Shown one piece after another: positions 51,034 to 60,276 of a stretch of 64,000 bases of DNA. Both the position numbers and the translations under genes were made by a program. This stretch comes from a virus: IMG/VR virus record IMGVR_UViG_3300028394_003336. One strand, given 5' to 3'. Position 1 is the first letter of the stretch; each line of letters starts with the position of its first letter. The notes beneath the pieces are model-generated. The model made no database searches. It worked only from the letters and a program-made list of their open reading frames with translations, and was not told the DNA's origin.

Positions 51034-51849
51034 ATGAAATATCTAGTACTTGGCTCATCAGGGCAAATTGGTGCAGAACTTTGTAAATTCTTAAAGAAAG
51101 AAGGTCATGAAGTTTTGACGTTTGATATAGAAGAAAATTCTATGCAAGATTTAAGAATAAAAGGAATTGTTGATTCACATATTAATGAATCAGATTTTGT
51201 GATGTTTTTAGCGTTTGACGTAGGAGGTTCAAGATACTTGAAGAAGTATCAACACACTTATGAGTTTATAGACAACAATGCTAGACTTATGGTTCACACA
51301 TTTAACGCATTAAAATCATATAGGAAACCATTCATTTTTGCGTCATCTCAAATGTCCAACATGTCGTACTCTCCATATGGAATCGCAAAAGCTTTAGGTG
51401 AATCTTATACAAGGGCTTTGGGAGGCATTACAGTTAAGTTTTGGAACGTTTATGGTCCTGAACATAATTTAGAAAAATCTCACGTAATTACTGACTTTAT
51501 CTTAAAGGCACACAATTACGGACATATCACCATGATGACAGACGGAACTGAAGAAAGACAATTCTTGCACGCTGAAGATTGTTCAAACGCTTTAATGATT
51601 CTTTCTCAAAAATACAATGAAATAGATAGAGACAAAGAATTACACATTACAAATTTTAAGTGGGAGTCTATTCTTGAGGTTGGATTAATTATTAGTGAAG
51701 AAATTCCTTGTAGAATTACTCCAGGAAAAGATACTGATACAGTTCAACTTAATAAAAGAAATGAACCCGACCCGTATATTTTGAATTTTTGGGAACCAAA
51801 GATTTCATTAAAAGAGGGTATAAAAAGAATAATTAAAGAAATGATATGA
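51034..51849 (+). CDS. NAD-dependent sugar-nucleotide epimerase/reductase (SDR)
   Basis: GSSGQIG, YGIAK, NVYGP, RQFLH. Confidence 0.85.
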   Translation: MKYLVLGSSGQIGAELCKFLKKEGHEVLTFDIEENSMQDLRIKGIVDSHINESDFVMFLAFDVGGSRYLKKYQHTYEFIDNNARLMVHTFNALKSYRKPFIFASSQMSNMSYSPYGIAKALGESYTRALGGITVKFWNVYGPEHNLEKSHVITDFILKAHNYGHITMMTDGTEERQFLHAEDCSNALMILSQKYNEIDRDKELHITNFKWESILEVGLIISEEIPCRITPGKDTDTVQLNKRNEPDPYILNFWEPKISLKEGIKRIIKEMI

Positions 51850-52940
51850 AAAAAATAGTAATATTAGGAGGAGGTGGATTCATCGGAGGACACCTTGCAA
51901 AAAGATTAAAAGAAGAAGGTAATCACGTTAGAATTTGTGATATTAAAAAACACGAATATTTCTTTCAAGACGAAATATGTAACGAATTCATTTTAGGGGA
52001 TTTAACAGACCCTAAGGTCGTTGATTTGGTGATTGAAGAAGGAGTTGATGAAGTATATCAATTAGCGGCAGACATGGGTGGAGCTCTTTATATCTTCACT
52101 GGTGAGAATGATGCAAATTTAATGCATAATTCAGCAACAATTAACTTAAACGTTTCAAGAGAATGTGTTAAGAAAAAAGTTGGTAAAGTATTTTATTCTT
52201 CATCAGCGTGTATGTATCCTGAACACAATCAATTAGACCCATTAAATCCAAACTGTGAAGAAAGTTCTGCATATCCTGCAAATCCAGATTCAGAATACGG
52301 ATGGGAAAAATTATTCTCTGAAAGAGTATTCTTGGCATACCATAGAAATTATAAGTTAAATGTGAGAATTGCGAGATTCCATAACATCTTCGGTCCACAA
52401 GGTACGTGGAGAGGTGGTAGAGAAAAATCACCAGCAGCAATGTGTAGAAAAGTCGCAGAGTCTAAAGACGGAGATATTATTGAAGTGTGGGGTAACGGTA
52501 TGCAAACACGTTCATTCTTATATGTTGAAGAATGTGTTGAAGCTGTTTTAAGATTAATGGATAGTGATTTTACTGGACCTGTTAATATTGGTAGTGAAGA
52601 AATGGTTACAATTAATCAACTTGCTGGAATGGCAATTGCAATTTCTGAAAAGAATTTAGAAATTAAAAATATTGACGGAGAAGAATTTGTTCAAAAATAT
52701 GGTTTCAAATGCCCTTTAGGCGTTAAGGGTAGAAATTCAGATAATAACCTTTATAGAGAAAAAATTGGATGGGAAGTTAGTCAGCCCCTTTCAATCGGAT
52801 TAAAAAAGACTTATAATTGGATTAAGTCACAAGTTGACCATGTAGAAATTAACACTCCTTGGATTTATGAAAGTCCTGATGGGGGTAATTCAATCTACAG
52901 AAGAGAACCAGGTAGTTTAGATAAACAAAAAATTAAATAA
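51846..52940 (+). CDS. GDP-mannose 3',5'-epimerase-like SDR
   Basis: GGGGFIG, LAADMGG, SSACMYPE, YGWEK, RFHNIFGP.GTWRGGREKSPAAMCRK, TRSF, GVKGRNSDN; retains the GME-type catalytic Cys and Lys. Confidence 0.8.
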   Translation: MKKIVILGGGGFIGGHLAKRLKEEGNHVRICDIKKHEYFFQDEICNEFILGDLTDPKVVDLVIEEGVDEVYQLAADMGGALYIFTGENDANLMHNSATINLNVSRECVKKKVGKVFYSSSACMYPEHNQLDPLNPNCEESSAYPANPDSEYGWEKLFSERVFLAYHRNYKLNVRIARFHNIFGPQGTWRGGREKSPAAMCRKVAESKDGDIIEVWGNGMQTRSFLYVEECVEAVLRLMDSDFTGPVNIGSEEMVTINQLAGMAIAISEKNLEIKNIDGEEFVQKYGFKCPLGVKGRNSDNNLYREKIGWEVSQPLSIGLKKTYNWIKSQVDHVEINTPWIYESPDGGNSIYRREPGSLDKQKIK

Positions 52941-52941
52941 A

Positions 52942-53322
52942 ATGGTAACAGTTCCTGTTAGTGTTGGAGAAATGATTGATAAGTTATCAATACTCCAAGT
53001 AAAAAAGAATAATGTAAAAGATGAAAACAAATTAGTATTCATCAAAAAAGAATTTGAATTACTTTATAATTTTTCTTCGGAATATCTAAGTAACTTAGAG
53101 ACAGAATCAATTTATCACAGATTGGTTGAAGTTAATTCTAATCTTTGGGATGTTGAGGATAAATTGAGAATCATGGAAAAAGAACAAAAATTTGATGATG
53201 AATTTATATCTTTGGCTAGAAAAGTATATTTTACAAATGATGAAAGATTTACATTAAAAAATGAAATTAATCTAATAACGGATTCAGAAATCCGAGAGAT
53301 TAAAGATTACGTAAAGTATTAA
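52942..53322 (+). CDS. DUF6165-like protein
   Basis: VPVSVGEMIDKLSILQVK...LWDVED...ARKVYFTNDER. Confidence 0.7.
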   Translation: MVTVPVSVGEMIDKLSILQVKKNNVKDENKLVFIKKEFELLYNFSSEYLSNLETESIYHRLVEVNSNLWDVEDKLRIMEKEQKFDDEFISLARKVYFTNDERFTLKNEINLITDSEIREIKDYVKY

Positions 53323-53339
53323 ATAACAAAAAAATATTA

Positions 53340-54074
53340 ATGGGTAAAACAACCAGAAGACAACCAACTCAAACACCTACTTTAGAAGTAGGAATTGCAA
53401 AAACAAAAAAACAATTGATTTGTTCAATTGTAAAAAAGAAAACTAAAGAAAAATTTTTATCTGAAAGTCAGAAAATATATTACGAAACATTATCTTCAAA
53501 CCAAATAACAATTTGTTCAGGGCCTGCAGGTGTTGGTAAAAGTTACATTGCAATGAAATGTGCTGTAGACTTATTGGTAGACCCTGAAACACCTTATGAG
53601 AAAATTATAATTGTAAGACCAGCTGTTGAAGCGGAAGAAAAACTTGGAAGTTTACCTGGTGGTGTTGAAGAAAAATTAGACCCTTACATATTTCCATCAT
53701 ATTATCTTTTAAATAAGATAATTGGTAAAGAATCAAGGGAGAGGTTAAAAGATGTTGAGGCTATTGAAGTTTTTGCCTTGGCGTATATGAGAGGAATGAA
53801 TATAGATAATTCAATTCTTATTTTTGAAGAGGCTCAAAACTCAACTCCAAGTCAAATGAAACTTTTATTAACAAGAATTGGGTTCAATTCAAAATTTTTC
53901 ATATCAGGTGATTTGGAACAATTTGATAGACATAAAGATAAAACACAGACAGGATTATGGGATGCATTAAAAAAATTCCAAAATATGAAGGACATTGGTG
54001 TCTTTGAATTTAATCCCGAAGATATTGTTAGAAATCCATTGATTTCGGACATATTAAAAAGATATGAAGAATGA
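53340..54074 (+). CDS. phoH: PhoH-family ATPase
   Basis: GPAGVGKS, RPAVE, LGSLPG, AYMRG, EEAQN, GDLEQ, VRNP. Confidence 0.93.
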   Translation: MGKTTRRQPTQTPTLEVGIAKTKKQLICSIVKKKTKEKFLSESQKIYYETLSSNQITICSGPAGVGKSYIAMKCAVDLLVDPETPYEKIIIVRPAVEAEEKLGSLPGGVEEKLDPYIFPSYYLLNKIIGKESRERLKDVEAIEVFALAYMRGMNIDNSILIFEEAQNSTPSQMKLLLTRIGFNSKFFISGDLEQFDRHKDKTQTGLWDALKKFQNMKDIGVFEFNPEDIVRNPLISDILKRYEE

Positions 54075-54682
54075 AAATAGGAATAGAAATAAATGGGGTT
54101 TTAAGAGACACTTTAAAAAAAGTTCAGCAAGAGTATGAGAAATGGTACCTTAATGAAAATTTAAAGGAACTTAAATTAATTCAAGACGACCCTAGCATTG
54201 AAAGAAAAGTAATATCAGACGTTACTTCTTTAGAATTAACTAAACACTTATCATTTAAAGATGAAGATGAGGTTTATAATTTTTTATACAAAGAGCACAC
54301 GATGGAAATTTTTGGTCACGCTGGTTCTGTTGAATACAACGGAATGAGTGAGCTAAATGATTTTTATTTTGATATGAGAGATTCTCATGATATTATCATT
54401 GTTTCTGATGAAATTGGAAAATCAAAACCAGCATCTCTATTCTTTTTGGCTAAGTTTGGTTGCTTAGTTGAAAACATTAAATTTTATAGTGAAGTTACAA
54501 TTAATTCGTTATGGGATTCAATAGACATTTTACTTACAGCGAATCCTAATCTATTATTAAATCACCCAACAAATAAACGAGTAATAAAATTTAATACTGA
54601 TTATAACTCCAACATTAAAGTTGAGAATGAAATATCAAGTATGAAAGAACTCAAAACAAAAATAGAACAAATATATGCTTAA
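54071..54682 (+). CDS. 5'(3')-deoxyribonucleotidase-like HAD protein, degenerate
   Basis: KIGIEINGVLRD in place of the canonical IxIDxDGVLxD. Confidence 0.5.
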   Translation: MKIGIEINGVLRDTLKKVQQEYEKWYLNENLKELKLIQDDPSIERKVISDVTSLELTKHLSFKDEDEVYNFLYKEHTMEIFGHAGSVEYNGMSELNDFYFDMRDSHDIIIVSDEIGKSKPASLFFLAKFGCLVENIKFYSEVTINSLWDSIDILLTANPNLLLNHPTNKRVIKFNTDYNSNIKVENEISSMKELKTKIEQIYA

Positions 54683-54956
54683 TGTTTTAGGAGAAAATTA
54701 TTATGTAGATTTAGATGCCATTGAAGAGTATCTTGATATGACTGATGAACTATCTGTAGAACCAACTAGTGGTACAACAGAAATGAGAATTAATATCATA
54801 AAATTAGAAATGGTTAAAATGATGTTAGAAACTGTATTATCTGAACACGACGATGTTGATGAAAGTTTAGGTATAAAATCATCTACAAAAACAAGTATCC
54901 CTTTCAAAATCGCATTTAACAGTTTATTAAATAAAAACCTTATCAATCATTATTAA
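54675..54956 (+). CDS. Hypothetical protein
   Basis: 93-aa coupled ORF. Confidence 0.6.
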   Translation: MLNVLGENYYVDLDAIEEYLDMTDELSVEPTSGTTEMRINIIKLEMVKMMLETVLSEHDDVDESLGIKSSTKTSIPFKIAFNSLLNKNLINHY

Positions 54957-54957
54957 T

Positions 54958-56010
54958 ATGGAAAATACATTAAAAGAAAAAGTACTTAAATCCATTGAGG
55001 TATTAAAAGACAAACAAGCAAGAATTTATTTCCTAACACAAGACACAAAAGGAAATGCAAAAGCTTCGGTTAGATTTATATATCAAGTGGCAAAAACACT
55101 AAAAGATGCAGGATTCAATCCAATCATCTTACATGAAAAAAACGACTATGCAGGTGTTGCAAAATGGCTTGGTGAAGAATATATGAATATTCCTCATAGA
55201 GTTATTGAAGGTCAAAATTTAGAAATATCTCCAGAAGATTTTTTAATTGTTCCTGAAATTTTTGGTTTCATGATGGAACAAGTTAAACAATTACCTTGTG
55301 CTAAAGTTGTTTTGGCTCAATCTTACGCCTACATTGTTGAAACTTTACAACCAGGTCAAAACTGGGCTCAATATGGTTTCTTTAAATGTTTAACAACAAC
55401 AAACAATCAAAAGGAATATATTGAAAGAGTAATGAGACAATCAACTTTTGATATTATCAAACCTTATGTTTCAGAAAATTTCTACCCTAAATCACAACCT
55501 CCGATGCCAATTGTTGCTGTTCACACTAAAGAACAAAGTGATGCAATTAATATTATCAAAACATTTTATTTAAAATTCCCTCAATATAGATGGTTCACAT
55601 TTAGAGATTTAAGAGGACTTACAGAAGTTGAGTTTGCTAACTCGTTAAGAGATTGTTTTGTAAGTGTATGGATTGACGATGAAAGTGGATTTGGTACATT
55701 CCCATTGGAGTCTATGAAATCTAATGTACCTGTAATTGGAAAGGTTCCAAATTTACCTACAGAATGGATGACTGAGGATAATGGTATATGGATTACGGAC
55801 AAAACTTTATTTGCAGACGTAATTGCTGATTTTATTCAAAATTGGTTAGAGGATAATATTAAACCTGAAATGTATGAAGAAATGAAAAAAACTGCAGACA
55901 AATACTCAGATAAACAAGAATTTGAAACTTCTGTGACAACTTTATTTAAAAAGTTTTTAATTAACAGAGCGGATTCATTTGAAGAACAAATCATTAAAAC
56001 AGAAGAATAA
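54958..56010 (+). CDS. GT-B glycosyltransferase
   Basis: IVPEIFG, ESGFGTFPLESM. Confidence 0.7.
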   Translation: MENTLKEKVLKSIEVLKDKQARIYFLTQDTKGNAKASVRFIYQVAKTLKDAGFNPIILHEKNDYAGVAKWLGEEYMNIPHRVIEGQNLEISPEDFLIVPEIFGFMMEQVKQLPCAKVVLAQSYAYIVETLQPGQNWAQYGFFKCLTTTNNQKEYIERVMRQSTFDIIKPYVSENFYPKSQPPMPIVAVHTKEQSDAINIIKTFYLKFPQYRWFTFRDLRGLTEVEFANSLRDCFVSVWIDDESGFGTFPLESMKSNVPVIGKVPNLPTEWMTEDNGIWITDKTLFADVIADFIQNWLEDNIKPEMYEEMKKTADKYSDKQEFETSVTTLFKKFLINRADSFEEQIIKTEE

Positions 56011-56011
56011 T

Positions 56012-56818
56012 ATGGAAAATAAAATATCATTATCAGTTATACTGCCAATCAAATCAGCAAAAGCAAAAGACTTTGATGAACTTTTTGGAAAAGCAATTAA
56101 TTCTTTAAAAGAACAAAAAGTTGATTTTGAAGAACTAGTAATTGTTCACACTCAAGAAGAATCGTTAATACAAGTTTTAGAGGACTACGACTTTGGAAAT
56201 ATAAATGTTACTAAAGTATTGTGGGATAAAGAACCTAACTACGCATCACAAATAAACTATGGTGTTGAACAAGCAAAAGGTACTTGGGTTTCATTGTTAG
56301 AATTTGATGACGAATATTCATCAATTTGGTTTAAAAATGTAAAACAATATTCAGAATCATATCCTGATGTTCAAATGTTTTTACCTGTAGTTGTTGAAGT
56401 TGATGATAAAGGAATGTTTGCTGGTTTCACTAATGAAGCAACTTTTGCAGCAAACTTCACACAAGAAATGGGGTTCTTAACTAACGAAACTTTACAAGAT
56501 TATCAAAATTTCCAAACTGCTGGTTCTGTGATTAAAAAATCTGTATTTGAAGACTTTGGTGGATTTAAACCATCAATAAAATTAACATTTGTTTACGAAT
56601 TCTTATTAAGACTATCTTACAATTCTGTATCAATTATGACAATACCTAAGTTAGGGTATAAACATATTAACATGAGAGAAGGTTCAATATTTTGGACATA
56701 TAAGAATGGAGAAAACAAAATGCTTGATGATGAAGTTAAGTTTTGGATTCAAACTGCAAAGAAAGAATATTTTTTTACTGACGATAGAGTCATAAAATAT
56801 CAATCAGAAAATGCATAA
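56012..56818 (+). CDS. GT2 glycosyltransferase
   Basis: LSVILP, QINYG, LEFDD; start MENK at 56012. Confidence 0.75.
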   Translation: MENKISLSVILPIKSAKAKDFDELFGKAINSLKEQKVDFEELVIVHTQEESLIQVLEDYDFGNINVTKVLWDKEPNYASQINYGVEQAKGTWVSLLEFDDEYSSIWFKNVKQYSESYPDVQMFLPVVVEVDDKGMFAGFTNEATFAANFTQEMGFLTNETLQDYQNFQTAGSVIKKSVFEDFGGFKPSIKLTFVYEFLLRLSYNSVSIMTIPKLGYKHINMREGSIFWTYKNGENKMLDDEVKFWIQTAKKEYFFTDDRVIKYQSENA

Positions 56819-57565
56819 ATGCAAGAAACTCTATCTGCACAAACAGAAGATGTTTCATCCAAAAAAAGAGGTAGAAAGGCAGTCAAAGAAAATTATTTTG
56901 ACGTAAGAGAAGAAACCGCAGTTAGAAAATTTTTAATTGCTGAAACTTCATACGAAAAAAACAAAATATATAATGAATTCTTAAGAGCTCCTCTTGATAA
57001 GATGATTTCATCAATTATAAGACGTTACAAATTGTATCGTAAAGATATGGATTTTATTGAAATTCATACTGACACACATTCTTTTTTGATGACTAAGGTT
57101 GATAAATTCAAACCAGACAAAAACAAAAAAGCGTATTCATATTTTGGAACGATTTGTAAAAATTATTTAATGGGTCAAATCATTAAAGACCAAAAAGAAA
57201 CAAATCGTAAAATTTCATATGAGGATATTTCTTCAAGTATTGAAGAAAGACCTGACATGATTTATCGTATAGATGACGATATTGTAGAAACTGATGTCAT
57301 AATTACTCAATACCTTAAAGAACTTAAAGATTTTATTGAAACAGAATCATTGAATGATAATGAAAAAAAGTTAGGTTATGCATTAATTGATTTATTTGAC
57401 AATTACGAAACTATATTTTCAGGTGCAGATAATAACAAATTTAATAAAAATGTCATACTACTTTCATTAAGAGAAATGACTAATCTTAGTACAAAAGAGA
57501 TAAGAAGTTCAATAAAAAGATTCAAAAAACTTTATTTAGTTATTCAACATAAAATGAAAAACTAA
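56819..57565 (+). CDS. Phage sigma factor (T4 gp55-like late sigma)
   Basis: KVDKFKPDKNKKAYSYFGTICKNYL resembles sigma region 2. Confidence 0.65.
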   Translation: MQETLSAQTEDVSSKKRGRKAVKENYFDVREETAVRKFLIAETSYEKNKIYNEFLRAPLDKMISSIIRRYKLYRKDMDFIEIHTDTHSFLMTKVDKFKPDKNKKAYSYFGTICKNYLMGQIIKDQKETNRKISYEDISSSIEERPDMIYRIDDDIVETDVIITQYLKELKDFIETESLNDNEKKLGYALIDLFDNYETIFSGADNNKFNKNVILLSLREMTNLSTKEIRSSIKRFKKLYLVIQHKMKN

Positions 57566-57583
57566 TTAAAACTATTTATAGGT

Positions 57584-57949
57584 ATGCCAAGACCACAAAG
57601 AAAAGAAATTAATTTTACTAAAGATTCTATTTTATCTCTCATGCAAGAAATTTATAATGAACTTGTAGAGCAAAGACAAACTGCAATAAGAATTCAAAAT
57701 AAAATGTTGTCTATGTTAAAAGACCCAGAGGACATGACAACTATTGGACCTGTAATTGAAAAACAACAAAAAATTGTTAACGAATGTGTTGAAAAGAAAA
57801 TTAGTCTTTCAAAACTTCAATCAGGAATTTGGGAAAAATCAAACAATAATACTGAATCATTTTCTCTTGCCGATTTAGATGATGACTTAATTCAAAATCT
57901 TATAGAAAAAGATGTTTCTAATGACGAGCAAACTTATAAAATGAGATAA
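57584..57949 (+). CDS. Hypothetical coiled-coil protein
   Basis: 121-aa ORF after TATTTATA. Confidence 0.6.
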   Translation: MPRPQRKEINFTKDSILSLMQEIYNELVEQRQTAIRIQNKMLSMLKDPEDMTTIGPVIEKQQKIVNECVEKKISLSKLQSGIWEKSNNNTESFSLADLDDDLIQNLIEKDVSNDEQTYKMR

Positions 57950-57952
57950 GAT

Positions 57953-60073
57953 ATGCAAGCAGCACCAGATTTAAATTCCTTAGGACTAGATATATCTTCA
58001 AAGATTACTGCAGTAAAAACCGCTGTAGATACTTTAAAGCAAGAAAAAACTTTAAAAAAATCTGTCGCAAATTCAACATCTTCAGCCGCGTCACAAATAA
58101 CTTCTCAGTTAGATAAAATTAAAGATTTACAAAAAAGATACCAAAGAGAACCTCCAACCTCTATGGATAAGTTGTTAGATTTTTTGTCTCAAACAAGAGG
58201 AAATGGTGACAATACTATAAAGTATTTAAGAAAAAAAATTTTAGAGGCGGCAGTAAAGATTGAACCTGAAATGGTTAATATTCTTAAGGAACAGTCTATG
58301 AAAGCTTTAGGTTGTTCACAAGAACAAAGTTATAAAGGTGTTAACCCACAAAGTCTACAATTACAACCATTACCTTTAATACCACAAGGACCAAACGATG
58401 GTTCAATATATATCCCCGTTCAATCTGTTGATTTTTTTTCTAATTTAAAACAATCTCCAACAACAAATTTTGGTAAAGTATATTATGAAAAACCAGAACC
58501 ATCTGCAGATACAATTTTCAAGCCTTTTGGTGGAGACGTTAATTTTCCAATGAATAAACAGTTATATCAATTAACGAATGAAAATGGAAGGTCTTTATCT
58601 CAAATTTTGGGTACAAACTATAAAGGTAAATCAGGTCAAAATTTGTTTGATGTCCAATATACAAAAACAAATGGATATGGAGTAACTGGTGATTATTTTA
58701 GAGTTATATTAATTGATAGGTTAAATAATAACAGTGCAAGTTTAAATAATAAGGTTGGTGAGTTTATTAGTGATTATTATAGTACAATAAATCTTATAGA
58801 CCCTGTTGATATTGGTGCCCAAATAGTAAATATAATTTCAGGGGCAATGAATATTAATGCAAAAATTGGTATTGGAGAACTTCAAAATCAATCAAAGTTT
58901 TCATTAGTTCTTCAAAGAATATTAGGATTATGTTTTGATGACCGTACTGAAATTGATGTTAGCGGTATTGCCAAAGTAGCAGAACTTGATGGAGTTGACG
59001 ATACTTTTTTTGAATTAAATGAAATTGATTTAAGAAATATTGACCAAAATATTTCTAATATTCAAAACGGGGTTATGGAATTTGAAGACTGTAATAATGT
59101 AAAAGTTCCCGTTGATTCAGAATCCCTTGTTGACCAACTTATTCTTTTTAGAGATAAATTAAGTGGTAAAACAAACGAAGAAAAAGTTAAGACTATAGAA
59201 ACTATAGTAGATTCAATTTCTCAAAATCCTGAATGGAAACCAAAACTCCCTTCAAGTTTTAATGCGAATATATCAATTGATAAAAATATTATAAAGAAAA
59301 TTTCTTTAGCGGTTGCTGCTGGTGTATTAACCCCAAAAAATTTATTACCAGTATTTTCATTATTATACGTAATACAATCAGGTGCAACATACACATATAA
59401 TCAAGCGGTAACAAGCGCAAACACATTAATTAGTTCAGGAAACTCAATATTTAATTCAGGAAATACAATATTATCACAAACAAATAATATTATTACTGAC
59501 GGTAAAGATTTCTTACAAAAATGGAGAACATTTTCAATTGAAATGATTACTAAAATTAATGTTATCTTTTTAGAAACGTTATTTCAAATATTAAAAAAAG
59601 ATTTAATACTTTTAATTGGAGAAATTGTTAAAGATATTGAAACAAACAAAGCCATTAGAAAATATCAAAAAATTTTAGCGCTAATAGCTGTAGCATATGG
59701 AGTAACTCAGTTACTTAAAAATGATTACAGAAAATGCAAACCTTTACTACAAGATATTTTAGCAATATTAACTTTAGTTGAAAGCGCTGGTAAAACACTG
59801 GGTATTTTGAAAAAAGATATTCCGTTATCACTACTTGCCTTTTCAGATTTTTTACCAGGGTATTCTCCTGAGAGAGCCTTTATTAATGTGATTGAAGGTC
59901 TTCAAAAGATTGGGGTTCCTACAGGGACTTTACCTGATGGGTCTCCTAATTTAATGTTGTTATATAATAAAATTACCCAAGACGGCATTGGTAAAGAAAA
60001 AAAGAATGAAAAAATTGAAGCCTTTGGTGTTGGTGTAACGGGTATGGTTAAAGTTTATGGAGTTCCAGTATGA
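57953..60073 (+). CDS. Hypothetical large protein, probably structural
   Basis: 706 aa; in the same run as the spike gene. Confidence 0.55.
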   Translation: MQAAPDLNSLGLDISSKITAVKTAVDTLKQEKTLKKSVANSTSSAASQITSQLDKIKDLQKRYQREPPTSMDKLLDFLSQTRGNGDNTIKYLRKKILEAAVKIEPEMVNILKEQSMKALGCSQEQSYKGVNPQSLQLQPLPLIPQGPNDGSIYIPVQSVDFFSNLKQSPTTNFGKVYYEKPEPSADTIFKPFGGDVNFPMNKQLYQLTNENGRSLSQILGTNYKGKSGQNLFDVQYTKTNGYGVTGDYFRVILIDRLNNNSASLNNKVGEFISDYYSTINLIDPVDIGAQIVNIISGAMNINAKIGIGELQNQSKFSLVLQRILGLCFDDRTEIDVSGIAKVAELDGVDDTFFELNEIDLRNIDQNISNIQNGVMEFEDCNNVKVPVDSESLVDQLILFRDKLSGKTNEEKVKTIETIVDSISQNPEWKPKLPSSFNANISIDKNIIKKISLAVAAGVLTPKNLLPVFSLLYVIQSGATYTYNQAVTSANTLISSGNSIFNSGNTILSQTNNIITDGKDFLQKWRTFSIEMITKINVIFLETLFQILKKDLILLIGEIVKDIETNKAIRKYQKILALIAVAYGVTQLLKNDYRKCKPLLQDILAILTLVESAGKTLGILKKDIPLSLLAFSDFLPGYSPERAFINVIEGLQKIGVPTGTLPDGSPNLMLLYNKITQDGIGKEKKNEKIEAFGVGVTGMVKVYGVPV

Positions 60074-60276
60074 TAAAAGAAGATTTTGAAAATATTATTA
60101 ACGAACAGTCCAATTTAAAAAATTTGCCAAGCGCGACGTTATCAAATTTTATGGACTTATTATCAACTGATTTTGAAATCACAAAAGATAATATTATAAA
60201 GCAAACAATTTATTTAGATAAATTAGAAGAATTATATAACAACATTTTAAAAATATATCAAGAAAGAAATGGCTAA
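60070..60276 (+). CDS. Hypothetical protein
   Basis: 68-aa ORF overlapping both neighbours. Confidence 0.55.
   Translation: MIKEDFENIINEQSNLKNLPSATLSNFMDLLSTDFEITKDNIIKQTIYLDKLEELYNNILKIYQERNG

Noticed and set aside
20038-52940. Eukaryotic giant virus origin suggested by SET, SNF2, GT60 and GME
   Set aside because: Sheath, tube, neck and spike genes, overlapping operons and intrinsic terminators indicate a tailed bacteriophage
28501-56818. Bacterial LPS/capsule locus (contamination or chimera)
   Set aside because: Genes are interleaved with phage dUTPase, PhoH, exonuclease and sigma, share the phage motif, and lack export or polymerase genes
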